Shown here piece by piece: positions 52,917-63,608 of a stretch of DNA of 64,000 nucleotides. A program made the position numbers and the translations under genes. How positions within the stretch are numbered: the stretch's first letter is position 1; every line of letters starts with the position of its first letter. The notes under the pieces are model-generated. The model saw only the letters and a program-made list of their open reading frames with translations, was not told where the DNA came from and did no database searches. Origin of the DNA: Oculina patagonica (lineage: Eukaryota); contig NC_135769.1 of NCBI RefSeq assembly GCF_052425735.1, positions 31,000,001 to 31,064,000 on the forward strand. The letters run 5' to 3'.

Positions 52917-53337
52917 GTTAGGGCCCACAGTGCTCGGCAACAGCAACTCATGTTCGAGCTCCCCTCGAGCAACTCCCCGAGCAACATGCATGAGCAATCC
53001 AACCGAAGATCTCCGAAGATATCAAGTGTGTCAAAGGCAAACGACGCGAAGAAGAAGGCGAAGATTCGGGGAACACGAAGACGTGAACTCGGCTCATCTG
53101 CACATCACTCGCATCAAATGACGTCATCGAATCTCACGACCAGAGATCCGCCCGAATGAGAACGTGAGAGAAACTGAGAAACACCCCAAAGGGAAAAAGA
53201 AGAGAACCTGAAGAGAGCGGGATTTGGAGCACGAGCTACAGAGGCAACTTAGATTGGAGCAACTTGAGCAACTTGAGAAATTACAGGCAACTTTTGGGAA
53301 ATCTCGAGCAACTTGTGGAAAGCCCTAGGTCCAGTAC

Positions 53338-53380
53338 TGGCCCTGAAGAAGACTAGCTCTGCTAGTTGAAATATTGGCCA
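53338..53380 (+). ncRNA. Minimal type I hammerhead ribozyme motif
   Basis: TGGCC | CTGAAGA | A GACTAGC-TCT-GCTAGTT | GAAA | TATT | GGCCA: stem I, conserved core, stem II and palindromic AATATT vestigial stem III. Confidence 0.72.
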
Positions 53381-53980
53381 ATAAATTTTGCCCTCCTGCC
53401 GTTGTACCAGCCTTGCAATCAATCTGGTTTTATAAGCACTTAGAGTGACGTCTGGTACGAGCATTTCTTGAACATTTCTTGTCCCCTGCATCCAAACTGT
53501 TTTTGACCGTAAATGGATATCCAATATCAAAGATGTAAGCTGACATTTAAATTTAACGTATGGAGTTTGGCCGTCATGTTGCGCGACATCGTCGTTGTTG
53601 GGCGCACGCGCCCGCAAAACATGCCGCTGGCCAAGATGACCATGATAAATAAGATGCATGGGTTCTCCTATTTCTATGCAATTTTTCTATGCCTGCATAA
53701 TGGTTATGGGGCTCCGCTCTGCGGCCCTTTTGGCCGCTAAGGAGCTCCGCTAATAATCTTCTATCAAATCGAAATCAGATGTAACATAGCCTGTTCCAGG
53801 TGTTCGGTTACAACTAGATACTTTATTTAGCACAGAATTCATAAAGTTTACATTTATTTGCAATGAAGCTAAGCGTATATGTATTTATGGTTATAGAAAT
53901 AAAGTTTCTTCTTGTTGTTGTTTATGTTTATGTTGCTCATTTTCGCTAGGTTTTGCATTATTCCGCGCTTGGAGACAGAG

Positions 53981-56699
53981 TCAATGAACTTGAAAATGGC
54001 CTATTTCAACGAGAGTAGCGATCGCTTCACTCCTGGGATGGTCCTCCTGTGTGGGCTGGGTGGATGGTGTTGTTGAATTGGCGAGCTCGATATCCTGCAG
54101 TTCCCGCGTAGGATGATAGCGGGATGCCCAGGAACAGGTGCAGCATATCATTCTCTTGATCTTCTCCCGGAAATGGTGATTCAACAGAGCGTATACAAAC
54201 GGGTTGACAGCAGCATTAAACAGGACCATTGTATTAGCGATGGCGACTGGTACGTGACCAACGTCGTAGTTTGCAGTAAACATTAATGTGTAGACAACTT
54301 GGTCCACGCCCCAACAGATCCCAAATATAATACTGACAGCTACGATCATCAGGGTCACACGCTTCCGTACCTTCAGGACGCCCTGAGTATTGATAGATGA
54401 AAGTCCCATTGAGAATAATAAATATAACCAATTGAAAATATCAGGGAAACATTTTGATGTCATGGAGAAAACGGTCTCGTTCTCCATTCAGAAGCCAAAG
54501 ATCTATCAACTGACAGACAATTTGTTTGTTTGTTTGTTTGTTTGCTTTCGTACCTCAATCTATGTTTTCTAAGGATAAAAATAGTTCTAAGAATAAACAT
54601 AGCCAAAGCATTAAAGTAGTTTATTAGTGAAAAATGTTCCACGTGACCAAATTTTTCATCGGATTACAGAGAAAGATGCGGATGGCCCTGGTTTTAATGG
54701 CTTCAAAGCCAACACTTACTATTTGCTGGTGGGTGAGTTGATTGCCATCATTCTGTTTGAACCACAAAGTGTACACGACTCTGGAGTACAGTACAACCAT
54801 CACTAGCAAGGCAACTGCTGTCACGAGATTCCACTTCAAAGTCTGATAAACCTTCACCATCCACTCCTCAGGCCACATGTATTCGCACGCGTTGCTCTTC
54901 TTGTTAAAGTTCAATGCCAAGAACTGCGGAATATTGAGTATTAATGAGCAGATCCAAATTCCAGGAATGATCACCTGAAGAAGTAAAGCGTTAACTATGG
55001 GATATTGATTCACAATAGCTTACCAAAACGGTTATTTATAACACATTTCTGTTTAAAGGGTAAATGCCATCAACTCAAAAGCGTTCTTCTTCTCTTTTTT
55101 GAGGGCCTCCGGCGAGGCGGTGGTGGGAGGGGGAGAGGGGGGTTTGTGGGCCTCCCGGGGGGTCCTACATTTGTTTTGAATCCCTCGAACCCCTTGTTTT
55201 GTCAGCGGAAGTAAAAAAATAAATTAGCAAGAATTAACTACATTTATTTTTAAAGGTTAAATTAATTTAACAATTTAGTTAGCAATAACACAGGGAGCAG
55301 AGGAGCCAAATTCGACCTTTGTAAATATTAAAATGTTCGATCTATTTCGTAGCACTTGTCATACGTTATCCAATCTTTTTGTTTACGCGACGGTTAAGCC
55401 AGCGGAAAACTCTTTCAATAGTCTGTTTCGTAATCGCAGCGGTTTTCCGGTTTTCCGCGAAGCTTTCCGACCTAGGCACGAAGTGTGTAACGATTTTGTG
55501 GCGCCCACGGTCATTGAGCCTGCGGCTATGCCAAGCGCAACAGGATTCCCGCGACGATTCCCGCTGGTTTAACCGTCGCGTAAACAAAAAGATCGGATAA
55601 CGTATGACAAGCGCTACGAAATAGATCGAACATTTTAATACTTACAAAGGTCGAATTTGGCTCCACTGCTCCCTGTGGCAATAATTAAAATTTATGAGCG
55701 AGACTCACCTTCAATTTACGCGTGGTAAGTTTTCGTTTGTTACCATGGGGATACATCACTGCATAATATCGTTCAATAGCGATTACAAGCAGGGTGAAGA
55801 TCGACGAGACTCCACCAATCCACGCGACTGAGCCACCTACCACCACTTTACATACCACTTGCCCAATCACCCCGTCTGGATGGTGGATGAAAGAAAATTG
55901 GACAACGAAAATGTTTGGGGCCATAAACACTGCGTACAGGATATCAGCCACAGCCAGGTTGACAAGAAGATAATTCACGGGAGTCCTGTGAGTATTGCAG
56001 TACAGATATAGCTGAGTTTTTTAAAGCGTGGTTCATGCCAATTTCAACATTTTTTCCACCAATTTCACATTATAAGTAATACCAGTCTTTTTTCTTCTCC
56101 ACTGTTTTGTCTTCGTCTTTGCTCTCTTTTTTGTTTGTTTGTTTGTTTTGTCCTGCCTTTGGCGGTCACGGTTATGAACAAATTCAAAAATAACATATAA
56201 CCTTCGTACACTAGCAAATAGCTAGTGGCCAACTCTACATTATTCCTGTAACTTTTGTCTTCGAGAATGTTCCATGTTGTTCGCCGAAATTTTTCTTAAT
56301 CTTAACTCTACTCTACAAACATATAACTATACCTGGCCTCAGTAATATGGCCATTGACGATACTCCCGCGCGTAATTTATTCATTTTTTGCATCGAGTGA
56401 CAAGTTTTTGAACAGTTCCTTTTTCCTAAACTTTCAATTTCGCCGTTTACAAACTCAGCAGAGTTAAATGTTATCACGGTGAATTTATATCCACCAATCA
56501 TCAGCATTTAGCCTCCAAAAAATTCATTTTTATTCTACGTAGTTATTTCATCATTCTTCTAATCACGAAGATCGAGCTCAACTCACCTCATTTCTCGATT
56601 TCTCTTTATGATCACACAAACGAGAGAGTTTCCCACGATATCTACAATGACGAGTACGGAGAGTACCGTTGTTATGGCAATAGCAGCTAATTCGGGCAT
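53981..56699 (-). CDS. Class A neuropeptide-receptor-like GPCR, paralogue 2b; 4 exons (56699-56587, 55985-55709, 54974-54720, 54382-53981), ~348 aa
   Basis: MPELAAIAITTVLSVLVIVDIVGN, NLAVAD, VCK, ERYYAV, ICWG, NPFVY. Same exon phases as 2a (113,277,255,402 nt). Confidence 0.9.
55289..55677. mobile_element. MITE with ~117-bp TIRs and 7-bp TSD (P-element-like) in GPCR 2b intron 2
   Basis: GCAATAA|CACAGGGAGCAG...CTGCTCCCTGTG|GCAATAA; absent from the paralogous intron. Confidence 0.85.
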
Positions 56700-57541
56700 G
56701 ATCGAAGAGCGTCAATATAATGTTAGTGATGTGAACTGCATAAAAACAAAATAAGATGAACGCATTTTATTAATTAAAACTTCCGCCTTCCAAAGAGGAA
56801 TACATCCTTCCGTACAAGCCTGCCTTCCTGAGTTCGAAGGGCGAAGGCAACACCGAAATTATTTAACTTCACTTTTTTCTGTTTGTGACAATTTGACACT
56901 CAGGCAAAACATAAACCAATATATTATTTCCCTTTCATAATTTATGACGAACTCTGCTCAACCTTATTCAATTTTTCAGAGCAGGGCAGCTGTAGTTTAA
57001 GGTTGTAATTGTCTGTAAATTTCGAGGAAACTTGTTTCTTGGAAGAGTTAAAAAACCATAACAGATCCACCACATATCCTTTTTTTCATCTGACGATTCC
57101 AAAATGCTCTTTTCGAGTTTACTTAAACAACACCAGCTTAATTTAAATATTTATCGACTTGGGAAAACTGATGATGCCAATATCTTTTCACAGCACACAT
57201 CAAACGCTAAATTAAAGATAAGCAGGGGAACCATCTTCAAAATTTCACTTACAGCTTTTCTTGGCATCCGTTGAATATCTGAGACCATAGGCATGGTTGT
57301 ATCAATACGGGTAGAATCCCTCAAATTACTACTAAACGCACTTAGAGATAAAAGAAATCATGTAGCTCTGTATAATGATAATTATTGCTCGAACTTTATA
57401 CTTCCTTCTGCGCTCGCCTAATCTAATGATCTCACGACCAGAACGTTTCATCCCGTGAAAAACAATATGCTAATAGTATTAAAACAAAAACAATACCGAC
57501 CAACACGACAACACAACACGTCTGCCTGATAATCTAAGTAA

Positions 57542-57932
57542 GGCACTCTTTTCATGAGAGTTTTCGTCCCGGGATGACTTTCGCCCCGGGATGAATTCAT
57601 CTCGGTGTTTAATTTGGTCATTTTCTTGTTGCTGTCTACAGGATTTCGTCCTTGAATGAACTCATCCTGGGACGATTTCATCCCTGTCCTGAGCACCGAC
57701 CGGGATGAAATGTCCTCCCGGGATAAAACGTGACGAAAAACGCCATGTAAACAGTCTTTACGGGATAAAATGTAATGTAATGTAAGCATGGGCGAGATGA
57801 ATTCAACTCGGGTGGGATGACTTACGTCCCGGCATCCCGGGATGAACACGCTCATGTAAATGAAATTTATTTCATCCAGGACAAAATTCATCCCGGGAAG
57901 AAACTCATCTCGGCTTTCATGTAAAGAGGCCC
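57542..57932. mobile_element. PIF/Harbinger-like MITE
   Basis: TAA|GGCACTCTTTTCATG...CATGTAAAGAGGCCC|TTA with CCCGGGATGA repeats; empty site in the paralogous region at ~47150. Confidence 0.75.
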
Positions 57933-58578
57933 TTAGTTAATTCCGTCAAATCTTTTTACATGCAATCGAAAATAAAACTAATTAAATAATAAAAAAAACT
58001 ATCCTTACCTTAAGAAGCTGAAGAATAAATTTGAAATATAATTGTTGGAGTTCACCTGGGAAATACATCACTTTGGTCTAATCAGCACCTTGTGTGCTAT
58101 ATTTGAAACCCCGAGTATAAATAAACCTATTCTTCTTGTTGTTGTTTTTCTTGAGGTACTTTCAAAGACGAAAATTTAGGAAGCACGACAGCTTATTGAT
58201 GAATATATGCCATTTAAGTAGAATTCTACTGGTATACTAATGCAAATGCTATAATTTTATTGGCTGAGGTATCGTACAATATCAGCCATTAGTGTGCAGC
58301 GGAACCTTGATCAATTACAGGTGTATTGGCCTGTTTATGCATCGATTTTGCACAAAAAACGATCGTGTTTTTTTAATTTGCTCTGTCAGAATGCAACCGA
58401 TATTCACAATGAACAGTCCTGTAGAGAGGTCAATCCTAGCTTTATCAGCTGCTCATATCAAAAATCTACTGATGTGCTAATTGATGACGTCACAAGTGGC
58501 TCAATGACCGCGCCTCCAAATAGAGTGGAAGGGTTAAATGGCATCATCGTTTAAGAGTGAAAGGGTTAAATGGCAACT

Positions 58579-59366
58579 TAGCCTGCGAACAGGCTTTCTG
58601 GAGAGCGCTCGGCCGGCGGGGCAAAAATGGAGGGGAAAACCTGCACGCATCTCTGAGAATCGCAAATGCCGCCCACGAACACCCCGCAGATTGCTTAGCT
58701 TGTCAATTGTCACATTTAAACAAAAGTAAAAACCGCACGCCGGAAATCAAATTTAAACTAAGGAAAACAAATAATGGTCGGTCGCCCGCGAGCTAAAAAT
58801 TACAGAAAGTTTCTTCTGACAGCCAACTGCCAAATTCCGAAGATGCAGTTCACAGACCCAGAGTCGGAGCCAGTGCTCGAATATCACTGGGAATGCAATT
58901 TCAAGGACCTTAAGCACCGGCCGTCGCGATTCACGAGAATGAAGACGCACTTCCAAATATTGAGGATATTATCGACCCTGATCGGCGATCAACCCGAGTA
59001 AAAATTCTGATCTTGTGGCCCAGTGGAAAAACAAATGTTCGAACACCAGATGTAAGTGAGAATATCCTTCTCGCGAAGAATATCGCAAGCAGAATTGGCA
59101 AGCAGTCGCTAACGCCGTTCTCAAGAACGAGCAATTGAAACCAGACACGTTCTATTTTGATTTTTGTCTCTACCGAAAACATCGACAACGTCACAAATAA
59201 TTAAAAACCACCAATCAGCACATTGCGTCCAAAATTTGGACGCGAACACTCGATATCCTGAGAGATGCGTGCAGGCTTTCTTTCTCGGCGCTTCGCACCT
59301 CGTCGCCGGAGCTTCGCGCCATCCAAGCGCTCTTCGGAAATCTCCGGAAAGCCTGTTCGCAGGCTA
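58579..59366. mobile_element. AcademH-like non-autonomous element (TAG...CTA termini, 9-bp TSD)
   Basis: ATGGCAACT|TAGCCTGCGAACAGGCTTTC...GAAAGCCTGTTCGCAGGCTA|ATGGCAACT. Confidence 0.85.
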
Positions 59367-59469
59367 ATGGCAACTCAATCTGCACGCGATTTCGCTATTA
59401 GCTTGAAGATAAATACTGTTCCATAAGCAGAGAAATGACTGGAAATCATTATTTGAAGGAAAATAAGTT

Positions 59470-61075
59470 ATGGCATGCACGATTTTTAAGAAAAACCTTA
59501 CAAGGTTCTTAATAGATAAACATTTTTAGACGATGAACAAATATTTTTAGTTGTACAACGTTATATTTAACAATTAGATTATGAGCTCGAGATTTCTATC
59601 GTGTGATAGTTGATGAGGGCGAAGCCCGAATCAACTATCACACATAGAAATCGAGAGCGAATAATCTAATTGTTTCAGTATAAATCTACTAGACGTTCAA
59701 AACTTAACAACAAAACAGGTTCTCGTTTTTATTAAATAATGATGCAAATAAGTCACACAACACGCGGATAATTGACAACTTCACCACATTGCATTGGCTT
59801 CTGTGTGCGCGTTTGCATTTCATTCACGATTTATTGAAACCGTTATATGCCCGAAACTGAAGGAAAAGCCAAGTTTTTTATTGTAAAATGACGATTGAAA
59901 GATGTACTGGCGTACAAGGGCCCTTGGAAGTCAAGTTTTTTTAAAATTCGAAAGCGTAAAAGATAAAAAAAAAGTTAAGCGAGTTGTTCGCAAGGAAGAA
60001 ACCACATTGCACTGTTTAGCTTCTGTGTGCGCCTTTGCATTTCATTCACGATTTATTTAAACCGTCGTTTGCTCGAAATTGAACTAAAGGCCGGATTTTC
60101 ATTGTAAAATGACAATTTAAAGATAGTCTGACTTACAAAGGCCCTTAGGAAGTCAAGTTGTTTTATATGTAGGAAACTTGAACGATCAGAAATTTATGAA
60201 AAGTTGAACGATTCGCCCGCAACCTTGAATTCGCATTCAATTTTGTTGTTTTATTTAAGTCTTATTGATGCATTAAAAAACTTGCAGGTCGAATCTGTTT
60301 AGCCTTTCTTTAACTGCTCCTTGATGGGACGATGAAACTGTGTTAGTTTGCCAGACATTTTAAACTTTATTTCCACAAAATGTCTCGGTGAAACGCATCT
60401 CTGAATGTTATAAAATTATAGATTCGCCCGCTTTTAAAAGCGTAAACGAATATTAATTGCTTTTCTTACCGTGTAAAATCTTCATTACATATTTCGGTAC
60501 AGTCTTTATCTTCTCCAACATCGACTGGAATAGTAAATAATCCAAGTCCTTCTTTACGGTCAATTTAAAAGCCAGAAAAGCGAAAAAGCGGCGACCATTC
60601 TGTTGACAACCGCACGCTGTTTCGCTACTCACCTTCTACAACAGAATAGAAGGTGAGTAGCGTAGCCAATCAGAGAATAGCATTCGTGATAGAACGCTAG
60701 TAGATTTATACTAAAATGTAAATAGATAACTATTCGTAATTAGCTATAGCTTTTTTTAGTGATAGTTTTAGTTTTTCTGTGACATTTGTACTTCCTTTTA
60801 GATTTTAATATTTTAAAATTTTAATACTTTAATAGATAACTATTTTTAATTAATTTTTTTAGGACAGTAGGTAGTTTTAGTAGTTTCAATTATTGTATAT
60901 TTTATATTTTAGATCTGTGACATTTGTACTTCCTTTTAGATTTTAATACTTTTTTTTTATTTCCATGGAGGACCTCCCTGAAAACCACGTATTTACTTGA
61001 CGGGCGCTTCCTCTTAAAAGATTGTTTTATTATTATTAGTTTTTATTATTATTATTATTATATTATTATTATTAA
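59470..61075 (+). mobile_element. 5'-truncated CR1/L2-type LINE 3' end with (ATT)n tail, interrupted by hairpin element C
   Basis: FKKNLTRFLIDK-like ORF end at ~59485, AT-rich UTR and (ATT)n tail at 61025-61075; block absent from the paralogous site (~47808). Confidence 0.55.
59570..60715 (+). mobile_element. Hairpin + second-IR element (Crypton-like architecture), copy C
   Basis: Hairpin 59570-59673 centred on GGGCGAAGCCC. Second IR AGTATAAATCTACTAG / CTAGTAGATTTATACT. AGCCAATCAG at 60664 is preceded by a small hairpin (60623-62). Internal ~220-bp tandem duplication. Confidence 0.78.
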
Positions 61076-63117
61076 TAATTCTACTTAAACTGTTAGATTA
61101 TTCGCTCGTGGTTTATATGAGGCGATAGTTGTTTCGGCCTTGCCTCATCAACTCATCAACTATCCGCTCATAATCTATTTGTTAAATTAATTCACCAAGC
61201 ATAAAAAAAATTGTCCCTACAACACAGATGTTTCATCAATGGAAAGCAAACCATAAGCTCAAGGTAAAGCGGAAACTTTTAAAAATGTGAAGTTGTCATT
61301 TTCATAAAAAAAAAAGAAAAAGAATATGAGTCCAGTTTTCAACTTTCATTGTGATCGCCGCCGATTATTAAAACTTCACCAACAAGGCATCTTAAAAGTA
61401 AAAAATTATAATTACCGGCTGCTTGACTGACGCACTCGTTTATTCACTGAGGGCTTATTATTTCCGCTATGCCGCTGACAGCAGTTCGAGAAGATTTGAA
61501 GATGTTTATATATGTTGCGATCCTAAATAACAAGTATATTCACTAGTATAAATCGAGCCAATGGGTAATAAGTTAATCTCCAAAGTTACTGAAGTTAAAC
61601 AAATTCTGTCTCAAATATGAGACATTTGAGTAATTAGCGGTTCAGAAACTTCACTCACAATATGATGACACTTATTAATAGATTTTTATTAGAAAATAAC
61701 TAACCTCAATTTCTTCTTGTGTTTTGATTGACCTGAGTAATCTTTCCCGCTGATACTTTTTCCACAAGTTGGCAATCCACGAACTAAAGAGAGCGCACAA
61801 ATCCAGCCCCCGAGCGTTAGCAGTAAAGTATTTCAACGCAAATATTTCATTTCATTCAATACTTTCGTTTTCGAGCAAACACACTCTAAAAATAATGTCT
61901 TTCAAGGAAACAGGAAGCTTTTACGTTAAACGTTAAAGCTGCCGGTAATATGATATTAAAGGTTTTTTCCTCTTTTAATTTTGGTCAACTGTGGTGTTGC
62001 GTGACAGGACAAAATCCTTCGCACTAGACAAGAGTAGGGAAACAAATGCCCGAAAAAAAGAAACTACCTTATTACACGAATCTACTATATCACAATATTT
62101 TAAAGTCATTTAAAATATTTCAAAGTCATCTAGAATTGTAAAACCTTGGAACATTATCTGTAACCTCGCCCCTCACGACAAATTTTCTAGCCCAAGTTTA
62201 TTCAAATATTTTCTGCGCGCCACTTATTTTACTTTACTGGACACTACCTATGATATTGACATGCCCTGCAACTGGTTCCTCTTCCGTAACTGCCCTTGCC
62301 ACCGTTATTAATTTTTGTGATTAATATTTTCTGCATCTTGTTTTATAACTTTAGCTATAAGTAATTAATCAGATTTTTTAACTATAATTTTTAACTATAA
62401 GTAATTAATTAGATTTATTGTATATACATATATATATTTTTTTTAATTTAAGATTTTTATCGCCATTCTTTTTAGTTTTTAGGGTTGCGCCTCGCATGGG
62501 TAACTATTTTCCCGTTCGCGCAATTCCTTTTTGGTCCTTTTCTTTCTTTTTTTTGTAAAATTTTGAGACCAATAAAGTTGATAGATAGTGAAGGAGACGT
62601 TAAAATAACAGTCAACTTTCTATTTGCTGCATTATGTGATTATCGGGGATTTGGAATATCGACTGCAGTGAGTGATTACAATTTATTTGAAGCTTAAAAT
62701 TTAATTGCTCATACATTTAAACAGATCTTTAGGAAGCATTTTTGCAGAAAAATATTTTCCTCCATCGAATGTACTATGAAAATTATTATTATAAATAATT
62801 ATTCTTAGCTTTAGTTACATAGAGAATAAATAACAATATATTTCTTCTGTCGACGCGATGATTGATAGATATTTTTTCAATGTTGTTTGCTCTTGTTCCA
62901 GCCAACATAACGTTTACTTTGTAGTAGAATTTTCGTATTGCTTATCCTTTAGTATTATCCTCAGCCATAACTGAATGTTTGTCCACAATAACAACAAAAA
63001 ACCGATCTTAGAGAGCATTTAGCAACTTATCAATGGGCTTAAAAACAATCGCAAGTTAAAATAGTTAAAAACAATCGCATAAAAAAAATCAGCGATAGTG
63101 GAACGGAGTTGAATGCA

Positions 63118-63608
63118 CTATCCGGCTGCATTGTTGACCATTATAATCAGTGACCGCATATCATGAACTTCTTCGTTAGCATGTATTGCCTCATCTTTTG
63201 TTTTCATTCTGTCGAAGAAGATTTCGTAGAACTCTAGAGGCTGCAAGATGTCTATTTCCAGCGCATGCATCTGCTCTGGGCTCAGATATTTGGCATTTTC
63301 AGTCAGCACTCGGTCCTTCATGTAGGGGCTTTTGGCTCGTTTCTCCGTGAAAAAACTGGTACAGAAATGGTCTGACCTCGACTTCGGAATCTTCTTCCGT
63401 CAGGACACTGCTTCAGTTGTTCCTTCCGCTCTTGCTGTAGCTTGGAAAGAAGGTCAGACTCGCTGGATCGACGACGTTTAGTAGCCAGTGTTGGATGGTA
63501 TGGCGTCTTGATTTCACTTTGTTCGTCTCCTGCTGTTGCTTTCTTTTCCGATAAGGCCCCGTGTTTTTTTGAGGCGAGTTGCTGTATTACTTTCCGCAGT
63601 ACCTTCAT
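63118..63608 (-). pseudogene. Small uncharacterized gene split by a 1-nt frameshift (or two ATGA-overlapping ORFs: 63608-63318 and 63321-63118)
   Basis: ATG at 63608 with A at -3. TATA-like CATAAAAG at ~63680 and CRE/PAR-bZIP-like TTACGTCA and TGACGTAA upstream. Both ORF halves have protein-like composition. Confidence 0.4.

Larger units (their letters stand above)
52824..53502. mobile_element. Penelope-like non-autonomous insertion with inverted hammerhead-containing repeats and 13-bp TSD
   Basis: TSD TTGACCGTAAATG at 52811-23 and 53503-15. ~90-bp inverted repeat 52824-52912 / 53342-53430 plus a 3' extension. Confidence 0.75.
52566..53752. mobile_element. Terminal-hairpin non-autonomous element (same family as 21247-21548), interrupted by a Penelope-like insertion
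   Basis: Ends shared with 21247-21548; the host sequence resumes after the duplicated TTGACCGTAAATG. Confidence 0.7.
58213..61186 (-). mobile_element. Hairpin + second-IR element copy D' expanded by nested insertions
   Basis: Perfect IR TTTAAGTAGAATT (58213) / AATTCTACTTAAA (61077-89), then hairpin 61090-61186; homologous to 47448-47908. Confidence 0.65.

Noticed and set aside
53249-53659. 136-aa ORF as a Penelope RT remnant
   Set aside because: It spans a junction between two elements and shows no RT or GIY-YIG motif.
57448-57891. 147-aa ORF
   Set aside because: It lies mostly within a Harbinger-like MITE made of CCCGGGATGA repeats and has no transposase motifs.
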